Assembly (NCBI GenBank): GCA_024653215.1 | Contig: JANLFU010000004.1 | Location: 29,574 to 93,573 of the forward strand | DNA from: Candidatus Saccharicenans sp. | Lineage (GTDB): Bacteria > Acidobacteriota > Aminicenantia > Aminicenantales > Saccharicenantaceae | Direction of reading: 5' to 3' | Length of the DNA stretch: 64,000 nt | In this document: positions 10,109-20,924 of the stretch, one piece after another | Position numbering within the stretch: position 1 is the first letter of the stretch | Layout of the letters: each line of letters starts with the position of its first letter | The notes under the pieces: model-generated | Databases searched by the model: none | Told to the model about the DNA's origin: nothing | Seen by the model: the letters and a program-made list of their open reading frames with translations, nothing else | Translations under genes and position numbers: made by a program

Positions 10109-11887
10109 ATGATTAACACCCTGTCCAGAGTTTTCCTTAACACCGAGAAAAACTACCGGAAAGAAGCCCTGATGCTGGTCAAGCGCGAGGGCAAGTACTG
10201 CCCGATTTCCACCGACGAATTTTCTCAACGGGTCAGGAATATTTCCGCCGGCTTGAGGGCTTTTGGCCTGAAGAGCGGTGACAAGCTGATCATTCTTTCC
10301 GAAAATCGCCCGGAATGGGTCATGGTTGACCTGGCCGCCATCTGCCTGGGAGCGGTTACCGTTCCGATTTACACCTCGCTGACCCCGCCCCAGATCAAGT
10401 ACATCATCAACGATTCCGAGGCCAGGTTCGTGGTCTGCTCCAACCCGGAAATGTGGTCCAGGCTGGAGGCCATAAAAACAGAATTGCCGCTGGTTGATAA
10501 ATACATCATGATTGAAGACCTGGTCCCGGCCGGGGTGCTGACCCTGCGGGAAGTGGAGAAAGAAGGGGAGAAACTGAACCGGCAGAACCCCGGTGAATTC
10601 GATAAAATCGCCGAGTCCATCGGACCCGATGACCTGGCCACCATCATCTACACTTCGGGCACAACCGGGGTGCCCAAGGGAGCCATGCTCAGCCATTACA
10701 ACCTGGTGAGCAACGTCCAGGCCCTGCGCTCGGTCATTGAATTTACGGATAAGGATACCGCCCTGTCCTTTCTGCCCCTGTCTCACGTCCTGGAAAGGAT
10801 GTGCACCTTCGCCTGGATTTATGTCGGGGCCACCATTGCCTACGCCGAAAGCGTGGACACGGTTGCCCAGAACCTGGTCGAAGCCAGGCCGACCATCATG
10901 GTCAGCGTGCCCCGGCTGTTCGATAAATTTTACGCCCGGGTCATCGATAATGTTCTCAGCTCTTCCAATCTCAAGAAAAAGATTTTCTTCTGGGCCCTGA
11001 AGACCGGCCGGAAGTATGCCCAGAAAAAAATAAACAGGGAAAAAATATCGGGCTGGCTCAAGTTCAGGTACGGTTTGGCCTACAAGCTGGTCTTTTCCAA
11101 GATAGTGGAAAAGACCGGTGGCCGGGTCCGGTTTTTTGTCTCGGGCGGAGCCCCGCTGTCGCGCGACATCGCCGAGTTTTTCTATGCCATGGGCATCCTG
11201 GTGATTGAAGGCTACGGGCTGACCGAGACCTCGCCGGTCATCGCCGTCAACCGCCTGGAAGATTTCCGCTTCGGCTCGGTCGGCAAGATCCTGCCGGAGG
11301 TGGAGGTCAAGATCGCCGCGGACGGAGAAATCTGGGCCCGCGGTCCGAACGTGATGAAAGGCTACTTCAAGAAGGAAGCCGAGACCAGGGAGGCCTTTGA
11401 AGACGGCTGGTTCAAGACCGGGGACATCGGCTATCTGGACAAGGACGGCTACCTGGTGATTACCGACCGAAAAAAAGACATCCTGGTGACTGCCGGGGGC
11501 AAGAACGTGGCCCCGCAGCCGATTGAGAACACCTTAAAGTCCAGCCCCTACATCGCCAACGCCGTGGTGGTAGGGAACCACCGCAAGTTTGTCTCGGCCC
11601 TGATTGTTCCCGATTTTGACAAGCTGGAAATCTGGGCCAGGGAGAATAACGTAGCCTTTGGCGACCGGAAAGAGCTGATAGCCAGGCCAGAAGTTTATGA
11701 ATTTTACATGCAGGAAATTGACCGGTTAACGCCGCACCTGGCTTCTTACGAGAAAATCAAGAAGATTGCCCTGCTGGACAAGGACTTCGAGATAGAAGCC
11801 GGAGAATTGACCCCGACCCTTAAGGTCCGCCGAAAAATAGTGGAAGAAAAATATAAAGACCTGATAGACCATATGTATGCCGAGTAA
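10109..11887 (+). CDS. Long-chain-fatty-acid--CoA ligase (AMP-dependent synthetase family)
   Basis: AMP-binding motif IYTSGTTGVPKGAML, …GYGLTETS…, …WFKTGDIGYLDKDGYLVITDRKKD. AGGAGAGG RBS. Confidence 0.8.
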   Translation: MINTLSRVFLNTEKNYRKEALMLVKREGKYCPISTDEFSQRVRNISAGLRAFGLKSGDKLIILSENRPEWVMVDLAAICLGAVTVPIYTSLTPPQIKYIINDSEARFVVCSNPEMWSRLEAIKTELPLVDKYIMIEDLVPAGVLTLREVEKEGEKLNRQNPGEFDKIAESIGPDDLATIIYTSGTTGVPKGAMLSHYNLVSNVQALRSVIEFTDKDTALSFLPLSHVLERMCTFAWIYVGATIAYAESVDTVAQNLVEARPTIMVSVPRLFDKFYARVIDNVLSSSNLKKKIFFWALKTGRKYAQKKINREKISGWLKFRYGLAYKLVFSKIVEKTGGRVRFFVSGGAPLSRDIAEFFYAMGILVIEGYGLTETSPVIAVNRLEDFRFGSVGKILPEVEVKIAADGEIWARGPNVMKGYFKKEAETREAFEDGWFKTGDIGYLDKDGYLVITDRKKDILVTAGGKNVAPQPIENTLKSSPYIANAVVVGNHRKFVSALIVPDFDKLEIWARENNVAFGDRKELIARPEVYEFYMQEIDRLTPHLASYEKIKKIALLDKDFEIEAGELTPTLKVRRKIVEEKYKDLIDHMYAE

Positions 11888-12008
11888 ACCTTCCGGCCTC
11901 TCGAAATATCAGGCTGCCCCGGTGGGAAAAAATCATTTCCGGCTGCGTCTTTTTCAATAAACACTGACCCGCTCATCGATTTTTTCCATTTCTGACCGGA
12001 GCGTGATC

Positions 12009-12788
12009 ATGTCCGAGCTGGAACAGGCGGTCAAGGCCGCCTACCAAGGACACCGCCAGAGATTAAGAGAAAAATTCCTGAAAGGGGGGCTGGCCGGCTT
12101 CCTGGATTACGAAATCGTGGAATTGCTCCTGACCCTGGGCACCCCGCGCCGGGACTGCCGGGAGGCGGCCCGTCTGGCCCTTAAAGAGTTCCGGACCTTC
12201 CGGGCGGTCATGGAAGCCGACCCGCTTGAGCTCCAGAAAATAAAGGGGATTGGACCAAAAAATATCTTCGGCCTGAAACTGGTCCACGAAGTGGCCAGGC
12301 GCTATCTCAAGGACTGCATTATCAAGCGGCCGGTCTGCAAGTCTTCCCGGGAAGTCTTTGACTATCTCTATTACAGCCTGCGCGACCTCCGGATTGAAGT
12401 CTTCAAGGTGCTGTTCCTGAATACCAAGAACCAGGTCCTGGAGGAGAAAACCCTGTTCGAGGGAACGGTTGATTCCAGCGCCGTCTATCCCCGGGAGGTC
12501 ATCAAGCAGGCCCTGAAATACGAGGCCTCCAGCCTGATATTCGTCCACAACCACCCTTCGGGCGACCCGGAACCTTCAAGCTGCGACCGGGACATCACCC
12601 GCGACCTGGTCTTTGCCTGCGCCGTGATGCAGATCAGGGTGCTGGACCATATCATCATCGGCAACAATTGCTACTACAGCTTTGCCGACGAGGGACTGAT
12701 TGAAAAATACCAGTCTCATTTTTACAGCGTCAACTTCTGCCGCCAGCCGGCGAAAAAGTGGTTGCACAAAAGAAAGAGTTCTGGTTAA
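12009..12788 (+). CDS. radC: RadC-like JAB/MPN domain protein
   Basis: JAMM motif HNHPSGDPEPSSCDRDIT plus an N-terminal helix-hairpin-helix region. GGAG RBS before the ATG at 12009 (track start GTG 12003). Confidence 0.75.
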   Translation: MSELEQAVKAAYQGHRQRLREKFLKGGLAGFLDYEIVELLLTLGTPRRDCREAARLALKEFRTFRAVMEADPLELQKIKGIGPKNIFGLKLVHEVARRYLKDCIIKRPVCKSSREVFDYLYYSLRDLRIEVFKVLFLNTKNQVLEEKTLFEGTVDSSAVYPREVIKQALKYEASSLIFVHNHPSGDPEPSSCDRDITRDLVFACAVMQIRVLDHIIIGNNCYYSFADEGLIEKYQSHFYSVNFCRQPAKKWLHKRKSSG

Positions 12789-12812
12789 ATGCTGGGAAGG
12801 GAGGTTTGCGTC

Positions 12813-14444
12813 ATGAAGCCAATTAATGAAATCGCTGCCAGACTGGGAATACCCGAGGATAAACTGGAACTCTATGGCCGTTACAAGGCCAAGATTGATT
12901 ATCAACCCCTTCTTTCGGATAAAAAGGGCCGGCTGATCATGGTTACGGCCATGACCCCAACCCCGGCCGGGGAGGGCAAGACCACCACGGCCATCGGCCT
13001 GGCCGATGCCCTGAACCGGCTGGGAAAGAAAGTCTGCGTGACCCTGCGCGAGCCGTCGCTGGGGCCGGTCTTTGGAATTAAAGGTGGAGCCACCGGCGGC
13101 GGCAAGGCCATGGTCGTGCCCCGGGAGGAGATCAACCTCCATTTCACGGGAGATATTCATGCGGTCACTTCAGCCCACAACCTGCTGGCGGCCATGGTTG
13201 ATAACCGGGTTCACTTTGACGGGCCGACCGGGTTGCTCGACGGCCGGACCGTGACCTGGAAAAGGGTGCTGGACATGAACGACCGCTCCCTGCGCCAGGT
13301 GATAATCGGGCTGGACGACACCTTCCAGACCTTCGCCCGGGAAACCGGGTTTGACATAACCGCCGCTTCCGAGATCATGGCCATACTCTGCCTGTCGTCC
13401 GACCTCAAGGACCTGAAGAGGAGGGTGGGGAACGTGCTTATCGGGTTTTCCGTTGACGGCAAGCCGGTCTTTGCCCGGGACATCAAGGCCGACGGGGCCA
13501 TGACCGCCCTGCTCAAGGACGCCATCAAGCCCAACCTGGTCCAGACCCTGGAGGGCACCCCGGCCATAATTCATGGCGGCCCGTTTGCCAACATCGCCCA
13601 CGGCACCAACTCGGTGGTGGCCACCGGCCTGGCCCTGAGCCTGGCCGATTACGTGGTGACCGAGACCGGCTTTGCTTCCGACCTCGGGGCGGAAAAGTTC
13701 TTTGACATCGTGGTCCGCACCGGGCAGGTGCCGCCGCCGGCCGTCACCGTCCTGGTTTCAACCCTGAGAGCCCTCAAGTACCATGGCGGGATGAAGCTCG
13801 ACGAGCTGGGCAAGGAGAATCCGCAGGCGGTGGAAGCCGGGTTTGACAACCTCAGGAAACACATCGAGAACATGAAAATATTCGGAACGCCCTTCGTGGT
13901 GGTCCTGAACCTCTTCCCGGCCGACCATGCCACCGAGATCGATACCTGGATCAAGCTGGTCAGGGCGGAAGGCGCCCGCTATGCCCTGAGCGATGTCTAT
14001 AACAAGGGCGGTGAAGGTGGCCTGGAGCTGGCCGAGGCGGTGATGAAGGCCATTGACGAGGACAAGAACAATTTTAATTTCCTGTACCCGCTGGACATTC
14101 CCATCGCCCAGAAAGTGGAAACGATTGCCAGGAAGATTTATGGGGCCGACGGCATAAAGATTGAGCCGGCTGCCAAGAAAAAGATGGAGCTGTACGAAAA
14201 AATCGGTTTCGGGCAGACCCCGGTCTGCGTGGCCAAGACCCAGTCGTCGCTGTCCGACGACTCCAAGAAGCTGGGCCGGCCGCGGGGCTGGACCCTGACC
14301 GTGACCAACGCTTCGCTCAGCGCCGGGGCCGGTTTTGTGGTTCTGCTGTGCGGTGATATAATGACCATGCCCGGTCTGCCCAAGTCCCCCCAGGCCGAGA
14401 AAATTGATGTCGATGACGAGGGCAAAATCACAGGGATGATTTGA
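12813..14444 (+). CDS. fhs: Formate--tetrahydrofolate ligase
   Basis: Strong end-to-end FTHFS similarity (…TPTPAGEGKTTTAIGLADAL…). GGGAAGGGAGG RBS upstream of the ATG at 12813 (track start 12789). Confidence 0.9.
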   Translation: MKPINEIAARLGIPEDKLELYGRYKAKIDYQPLLSDKKGRLIMVTAMTPTPAGEGKTTTAIGLADALNRLGKKVCVTLREPSLGPVFGIKGGATGGGKAMVVPREEINLHFTGDIHAVTSAHNLLAAMVDNRVHFDGPTGLLDGRTVTWKRVLDMNDRSLRQVIIGLDDTFQTFARETGFDITAASEIMAILCLSSDLKDLKRRVGNVLIGFSVDGKPVFARDIKADGAMTALLKDAIKPNLVQTLEGTPAIIHGGPFANIAHGTNSVVATGLALSLADYVVTETGFASDLGAEKFFDIVVRTGQVPPPAVTVLVSTLRALKYHGGMKLDELGKENPQAVEAGFDNLRKHIENMKIFGTPFVVVLNLFPADHATEIDTWIKLVRAEGARYALSDVYNKGGEGGLELAEAVMKAIDEDKNNFNFLYPLDIPIAQKVETIARKIYGADGIKIEPAAKKKMELYEKIGFGQTPVCVAKTQSSLSDDSKKLGRPRGWTLTVTNASLSAGAGFVVLLCGDIMTMPGLPKSPQAEKIDVDDEGKITGMI

Positions 14445-14530
14445 GTCTATAAGAACGGGCTGTTCAGGGCGAGAGATTTTACCGAACGGCTGGAGGTTCG
14501 ATCCAGCGGTTGAATAGATCGGAGGCAAGG

Positions 14531-15577
14531 ATGAAACCGGACGAAACCGAACAGAAACAGGCTTCCCGGGGCAAGGCCCTGGATGCGGCCCTGAGCCAGA
14601 TTGAAAAACAATTCGGCAAGGGCGCGGTCATGAAACTCGGCCAGAAGGAGGCCGCGGTCAAGGCCGAGGTCATTCCCACCGGTTCGATTTCTTTTGACCT
14701 GAGCCTGGGGATAGGCGGGTTCCCGCGGGGACGGGTGGTGGAGATTTTCGGGCCGGAAGCCACCGGCAAGACCACGCTGGCCCTTCATGTCATTGCCGAG
14801 GCCCAGCGGCGGGGCGGGCAGGCGGCTTTCATCGACGCCGAGCATGCCCTTGACCCGCAGTATGCTTCCAAGGTGGGGATAAATGTCGACGAGCTGTTGA
14901 TTTCCCAGCCAGATTACGGCGAACAGGCCCTGGAAATCGCCGAGGTGCTGGTCAGAAGCGGAGCGGTTGATGTCATCGTGGTCGACTCGGTGGCCGCCCT
15001 GGTGCCCAAGGCCGAGCTGGAAGGCGAGATGGGCGATGCCCACATGGGCCTCCAGGCCAGGCTGATGTCGCAGGCCCTGCGCAAGCTCACGGCCATAGTC
15101 AGCAAGTCCAAGACCTGCTTTATTTTTATCAACCAGATCAGGGAAAAAATCGGGGTGTTTGTTGGCTCGCCGGAAACCACCACCGGTGGCCGGGCCCTCA
15201 AGTTTTATGCTTCCATGCGCATCGATGTCCGCAAGCTGGCCACCCTGAAGGAAGGCGAGGAAGTGGTCGGCAGCCGGGTCAAGGTAAAAATCGTCAAGAA
15301 CAAGCTGGCCCCGCCCTTCCGGGAAGCCCAGTTCGATATCATTTTCGGCGAAGGTATATCCCGCGAGGGCGACCTGGTTGACTCCGGGCTCCAGTACGGT
15401 ATCCTGGAAAAGACCGGCACCTGGTATTCATACAAGGGGGAAAGGCTCGGCCAGGGAAGGGAAAACGTCAAGAAGCTGCTGAAAGAAAACAAGGAGCTGG
15501 CCGACCAGATCGACCTGGAAATCAGGAGAAAGGTCGGGCTGCTGCCCGAGGCCGAAGAAGAGGGTAAGAAAAAGTAG
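14531..15577 (+). CDS. recA: Recombinase A
   Basis: Canonical RecA sequence ([20 protein letters not shown]…[22 protein letters not shown]). GGAGG RBS before the ATG at 14531. Confidence 0.95.
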   Translation: MKPDETEQKQASRGKALDAALSQIEKQFGKGAVMKLGQKEAAVKAEVIPTGSISFDLSLGIGGFPRGRVVEIFGPEATGKTTLALHVIAEAQRRGGQAAFIDAEHALDPQYASKVGINVDELLISQPDYGEQALEIAEVLVRSGAVDVIVVDSVAALVPKAELEGEMGDAHMGLQARLMSQALRKLTAIVSKSKTCFIFINQIREKIGVFVGSPETTTGGRALKFYASMRIDVRKLATLKEGEEVVGSRVKVKIVKNKLAPPFREAQFDIIFGEGISREGDLVDSGLQYGILEKTGTWYSYKGERLGQGRENVKKLLKENKELADQIDLEIRRKVGLLPEAEEEGKKK

Positions 15578-15736
15578 GTTGCCGAAGTCCACTGAAAATT
15601 TTGGTGTATAATAAATAAGTAAGTGGGAGGGACCACCCTGAAAAGACGGAGTTTTCTCTATCTGGCTGGAGCCCTGGGCCTTTTTTCCCGGGCTCCGTTT
15701 AAGATTCTGGGAAAAGTAAAAGAAGGAGGCAAGACC

Positions 15737-16315
15737 ATGACTTACCAGGCCAAAGATTATTCCGGGTTGCTGGGCATGCCGGGCTTCAGCGAAACCCTGC
15801 TCAAGAACCATTTCACCCTGTACCAGGGCTATGTCAACAACACCAACAAGCTGCTGGAGACCATAGCCCAGATGGTCAAGGACGGCAAGGCGGGAACGCC
15901 AGAGTTTGCCGAGCTGAAAAGAAGGCTGGGCTGGGAATGGAACGGGATGAGACTGCACGAATACTATTTTGAGAACCTGGGCGGGAAAGAAGCCCTGGCC
16001 CCTGGCAGCAAGCTCTACCAGAAGCTCGTTGAGAATTTTGGGAGCTTCGAACTCTGGGAAAAGGAGTTCAAGGCCACCGGCACCATGAGGGGCATCGGCT
16101 GGGTGGGCCTGTACCAGGACCTGCAGAGCGGTCGCCTGCTCAACTTCTGGATAAACGAGCATGATGTCGGCCATCCGGCTGGCTGCCAGTTGCTGCTCAT
16201 CATGGATGTGTTTGAGCACGCTTTTATCACCGATTACGGGTTGAAGCGGGCCGATTACATCGAGGCTTTCTTCAAGAACCTCAACTGGAAAGCGGTGGAG
16301 AGCCGTCTGAAGTAA
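15737..16315 (+). CDS. Fe/Mn superoxide dismutase family protein. One N-terminal metal-ligand His appears substituted.
   Basis: DVFEHAFITDYG matches DVWEHAYY. LHEYYFENL matches the HxxFWxxL region. AAGGAGG RBS 7 nt upstream of the ATG at 15737. The region aligning to the HHxKHH motif reads KNHFTLYQ. Confidence 0.55.
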   Translation: MTYQAKDYSGLLGMPGFSETLLKNHFTLYQGYVNNTNKLLETIAQMVKDGKAGTPEFAELKRRLGWEWNGMRLHEYYFENLGGKEALAPGSKLYQKLVENFGSFELWEKEFKATGTMRGIGWVGLYQDLQSGRLLNFWINEHDVGHPAGCQLLLIMDVFEHAFITDYGLKRADYIEAFFKNLNWKAVESRLK

Positions 16316-16508
16316 GTTTCCCCTTCGGGCGATCAGGCCGCGGGTTTTTTCTGAAAAAGCGGATTAATATCCGGGCGTCTTACCCTTATGTCCGGTATTT
16401 GCCTTAATCATAATTTCCCTATAGTATTATTCACGGAATTAAGGCCGGTCTATCATTCCTTCATTAACTTTGAGGAAATCTACATATAGCCGGCCGAGGA
16501 GGGTTCGG

Positions 16509-17147
16509 ATGAATCCAGGGAAACTTTTCAAGAATATCAAGCGGCAGATTTTCCGCGGGTTCCTGGCCCTGATCCCGCTTTACCTGAGCTACCTGGTCAT
16601 AAGGTTCCTTTATGTCAATGTTGACCAGAAGTTTGCCTCGCTCATAGAAAGCCGCCTGGGGTTCCGGCTGCCCGGCCTGGGCCTGGCCCTGATCCTGGTC
16701 CTGCTCTACCTTCTGGGGTGGCTGGCTTCCAACTGGGCGGGGCGGCGCCTGCTGGGCCTGGTGGAAAAGGTCATGGAGAAAATCCCGCTGATCAAGACCG
16801 TCTACAGCCTGGGCAAGCAACTGGGACTGGCCCTGGCCCTTCCCGAAAAGCAAGTTTTTCAGCAGGTGGCCCTGGTCGAGCAATTCCGGCCCGGGTTGTG
16901 GTCCATAGGCTTTGTCACCGGTCGCATCAGGGATGGGCGAACCGGCGAGAACCTGGTCAAGCTGTTCATCCCGACTGCTCCCAACGTGACCACCGGCTTT
17001 ACGGTTATCGTCAGTGAAAAAGATATCCGCCTTCTGCCCTGGACAGTGCAGGAAGCCATGAAGATGATTCTCTCCGGGGGAATTGTCGGGGCGGAAGAAC
17101 TCGAATATTCCCTGCCAGGGGAGGCTTCACTTAAAGCGGATCATTAA
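16509..17147 (+). CDS. DUF502 family membrane protein
   Basis: Two N-terminal TM helices and the conserved IPTAPNVTTGF motif typical of DUF502/COG2928. GAGGAGGG RBS. Confidence 0.55.
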   Translation: MNPGKLFKNIKRQIFRGFLALIPLYLSYLVIRFLYVNVDQKFASLIESRLGFRLPGLGLALILVLLYLLGWLASNWAGRRLLGLVEKVMEKIPLIKTVYSLGKQLGLALALPEKQVFQQVALVEQFRPGLWSIGFVTGRIRDGRTGENLVKLFIPTAPNVTTGFTVIVSEKDIRLLPWTVQEAMKMILSGGIVGAEELEYSLPGEASLKADH

Positions 17148-17278
17148 TTTATGGGTAAAAATGCAGTTTGGTAATCCTGTTCTTTACCCGGGAAAACCCC
17201 AACCAATCACGGTCCTTCCAAACCATAACTTTTATTAATATAATTCGTATAAATTAAAAAACCGGAAAGGAGGTCCAG

Positions 17279-17997
<719 letters not shown>

Positions 17998-18001
<4 letters not shown>

Positions 18002-19281
18002 AAAAATTCAGCCATCTTTTGATAAAAGAAATCAAGGAACTGATCAACAAACAGCTGGTCATCTCCCTGGTTTTCATCCTGGTCATCTTTAACTTCATAG
18101 GCAACGTGACCAGGACCGAGATTAAAAAGGCCATGGCCAAGCAGAAAATTGCCGTGCTGGACCAGGATCAGTCAGAAATTTCCAGGAACATCATCGGCGC
18201 CCTGAACATGGCCAATTTCATAATTGAAGAAAAGACCGGGGAGAAGGAAAACGTCGTCCAGGAAATCAGGAACAGCAACCTGGACCTGCTGGTGGTCATA
18301 CCCCAGGGCTTCGGCCAGCTGGCCAGCAGCTTCCAGCCGGCCGAGGTGGAGACCTATTCCTTCCTGCGAGGCGTGTCCATTGCCGGCCGGAGCAAGAGCG
18401 AGGTGGTCAAGGCCCTGCTCAATTCCACCAACGAGTACCTGTCCAACCAGTACCTGAAGAAGAAAATTCCTGATGCCGACCCGAAATTGCTTAAAGCGCC
18501 CATCAAGAACCGGGAATTCGTGGTGGTCCGGGATAGGCAGGCCGAGGGTTCCAGTGGCTTGGTAATTGGTTCTCTTACAGCTCAAGGCTTCATCCTTCCC
18601 ATCATTCTTCTTTATATAGTTATCTGGTCTACTCAAATGGTTATTACCGCTATCGCTATGGAAAAACAGAACAAGACCTTAGAGACTCTGCTCACTGTTC
18701 CTATTTCCCGGGGCTCTATAGTAGCGGCTAAAATGCTATCTGCAGGACTTGTGGGGTTGTTAGCCGCAGGTATCTATATGGTAGGTTTTCGGAATTTTTT
18801 CAGTATTTCAAATATAGATGTTTCCAATGCCCTGGGCGGAGCGACCCCGATCTTAAAGCAGCTTGGCCTGACCATAAACACCCAGGGCTACATCCTGTTC
18901 GGAGTTTCGCTTTTCCTGACCATCCTCTTCGCCCTGGCCCTGGCCACCATCCTGGGTGTCCTGGCCGAGGATTACCGGACGGCCCAGAGCCTGACTATGC
19001 CAATAGTGTTCCTAGTGCTGGTTCCCTATTTCATCAGCCTGTTTGCTGACATCAACACCATGTCCCTTCCGGCCAAGATTTTGGTCCTGGCCATTCCCTT
19101 CTCCCATCCCTTCTTTGCCATGCAGAACATCATGTTCGGACACATGAACATGCTCTGGCTGGGCATTGCCTATAACTTCCTGTTCGTGGCGGTCATGCTG
19201 TGGTGGACGACCAGGATTTTTGCCACCGACCGGGTGCTGACCATGAAGCTCAAGTGGCGCAAGAAAAAGGTGGTGCTATAA
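17998..19281 (+). CDS. ABC-2 type transporter permease with a large extracytoplasmic loop
   Basis: Start overlaps the stop of the ATPase gene. One N-terminal TM, a ~170-aa loop, then 5 TM helices. Confidence 0.65.
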
Positions 19282-19595
19282 GGCCCGGGAACGGCGAAAT
19301 TAATCAGGATAATAGACCCGGCGGAGCCGCACCCTAAATTTTTGAATGATAAAAAGCGAGTGGAGTCTGTTTGTAAGCCAGAAGATTTTTAAATGTTAAG
19401 TAAATCAGCTCTGGAAAAACATGAGCGGGAATCCTTCGCTTCAAGCAACTGACCGCGCCTGACGGATGTCCTTATCGGCTCGCCCGATAAAATTTTGGGA
19501 ATCCATCACCGAAAATAAATAAATAAATTGACGGGAATCAGTCCCGTTGCTGCCGCAATATATGAATGGTCATTCATATATTATGGGTTGAGCTT

Positions 19596-20324
19596 CTAAC
19601 GGGGCCAGCCCACGGCCAGGAGGTAGATGGCCGATTCCCGGGCCGGGTTGACCCCGAGCAGGGAATTAATCTCATCGTCGAAGAAGGCCGCCACCGGGCA
19701 GGACCCGAGTCCCAGCGAGACCGCGGCCAGGGCGGCGTTCTGGGCCACGTGCCCGGCATCCAGGTAGATATAGCGGAAACCGCGGGCCCCGTACTTCCAG
19801 GTGGTCCTTTCAAAGACGGCGGTAAGCACCAGGACGAAGCTGGCCTCGGCCAGGAAATCCTGGTTAAGGGCGGCATCGGCCAGAAGCTCGCTGAAGTTGC
19901 CTTCGTATCGCTGGCGCAGCGACTGGTTGGCCGGCACAAAATGATACAGGCCCGGCGCCAGCCCTACCACCTCCCGGGCGAAAATATAAATATCAACGGG
20001 ATAGAGGGCCCCGGCCGAGGGAGCGGTCCTCAGCAAGAAATCTCCGGCCTTCAAGGTCACTCCGGCCGTGGCCCAGAGTACCTGGGACAGCGCTTCAAGA
20101 GAAACCGGCTTTTTCTGGTATTCGCGGACACTTCTCCTGGTGTTCATGGCCCTGAACAGCGGCCAGCCGTTTTCGCGGTCAGGCGCCGGAAGCGGAATTA
20201 CCCTGTCCACCAGCTTTTCCTTGAGCCTTTCTCTTTTTTTCTGGCGTTCCAGGGCCCCCGGGGAGTAAGGTTCCCTCTGGTATTTAGTTTCCAGCTGGAA
20301 TTGATGCCCGATACCCTCTCGCAT
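19596..20324 (-). CDS. SagB-type dehydrogenase / nitroreductase-family protein
   Basis: RRSVREY…LSQVLWATAG…YPVDIY…YLDAGHVAQN pattern is typical of SagB/ThcOx nitroreductase-fold proteins. Confidence 0.6.
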   Translation of the reverse strand: MREGIGHQFQLETKYQREPYSPGALERQKKRERLKEKLVDRVIPLPAPDRENGWPLFRAMNTRRSVREYQKKPVSLEALSQVLWATAGVTLKAGDFLLRTAPSAGALYPVDIYIFAREVVGLAPGLYHFVPANQSLRQRYEGNFSELLADAALNQDFLAEASFVLVLTAVFERTTWKYGARGFRYIYLDAGHVAQNAALAAVSLGLGSCPVAAFFDDEINSLLGVNPARESAIYLLAVGWPR

Positions 20325-20459
20325 GGTCCTGCTCCTTAAAGCAAGCTATTTATTATCAATTATATAACAAATTCTCCGTCATCCTGACATTTTCTTTCGA
20401 GACTTTTCCCTTATTTATTTTGTCGCCAGGTTCTGAGAAAATAAGAAAAGGAGAGGAAA

Positions 20460-20924
20460 ATGACCCCTTTAACAATGAAGATGGGAAAAATAAAGCGTAT
20501 CGCCCTGGTGGCCCACGACAACAAGAAGCCCGACCTCCTGGAATGGGCCAGGTTCAACCGCGGCCTCCTGGAAAAGCATGAGCTCTGGGCCACCGGCACC
20601 ACCGGCTTGCTGCTGCAGAAAGAACTGGGCCTGGAAGTTAACGTCCTACAGAGCGGGCCGCTCGGCGGCGACCAGCAGGTCGGGGCCAGGATTGCCGAAG
20701 GGTTGATCGATTTCCTGATTTTTTTCTGGGACCCGCTGGAAGCCCAGCCCCACGACCCCGACGTCAAGGCCCTGCTCCGGATTGCCGTGGTCTGGAACAT
20801 ACCGGTGGCCTGCGACCGGGCCTCGGCTGACTTCATCATCTCCTCGCCGCTGATGAAGGAAGAATATGCCCGGCAGGTCCCCGATTACTCGGATTATCGC
20901 TCCCGGCGGCTCAAGCTGGATTAA
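20460..20924 (+). CDS. mgsA: Methylglyoxal synthase
   Basis: [17 protein letters not shown]…ATGTTG…[11 protein letters not shown]… matches MgsA. GGAGAGGAAA RBS. Confidence 0.85.
   Translation: MTPLTMKMGKIKRIALVAHDNKKPDLLEWARFNRGLLEKHELWATGTTGLLLQKELGLEVNVLQSGPLGGDQQVGARIAEGLIDFLIFFWDPLEAQPHDPDVKALLRIAVVWNIPVACDRASADFIISSPLMKEEYARQVPDYSDYRSRRLKLD

Noticed and set aside
14453-14499. GAAC-N5-GTTC and GAAC-N8-GTTC dyads upstream of recA as possible SOS (LexA) boxes
   Set aside because: Spacing does not match the GAAC-N4-GTTC Cheo box. No comparable dyad is present upstream of uvrA (23640-23760) in this window. Likely chance.
15623-15736. TAT-signal-like N-terminal extension of the SOD-family ORF
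   Set aside because: A strong AAGGAGG RBS sits before the ATG at 15737. The extension starts at a GTG with no RBS. Kept only as a note in the findings.
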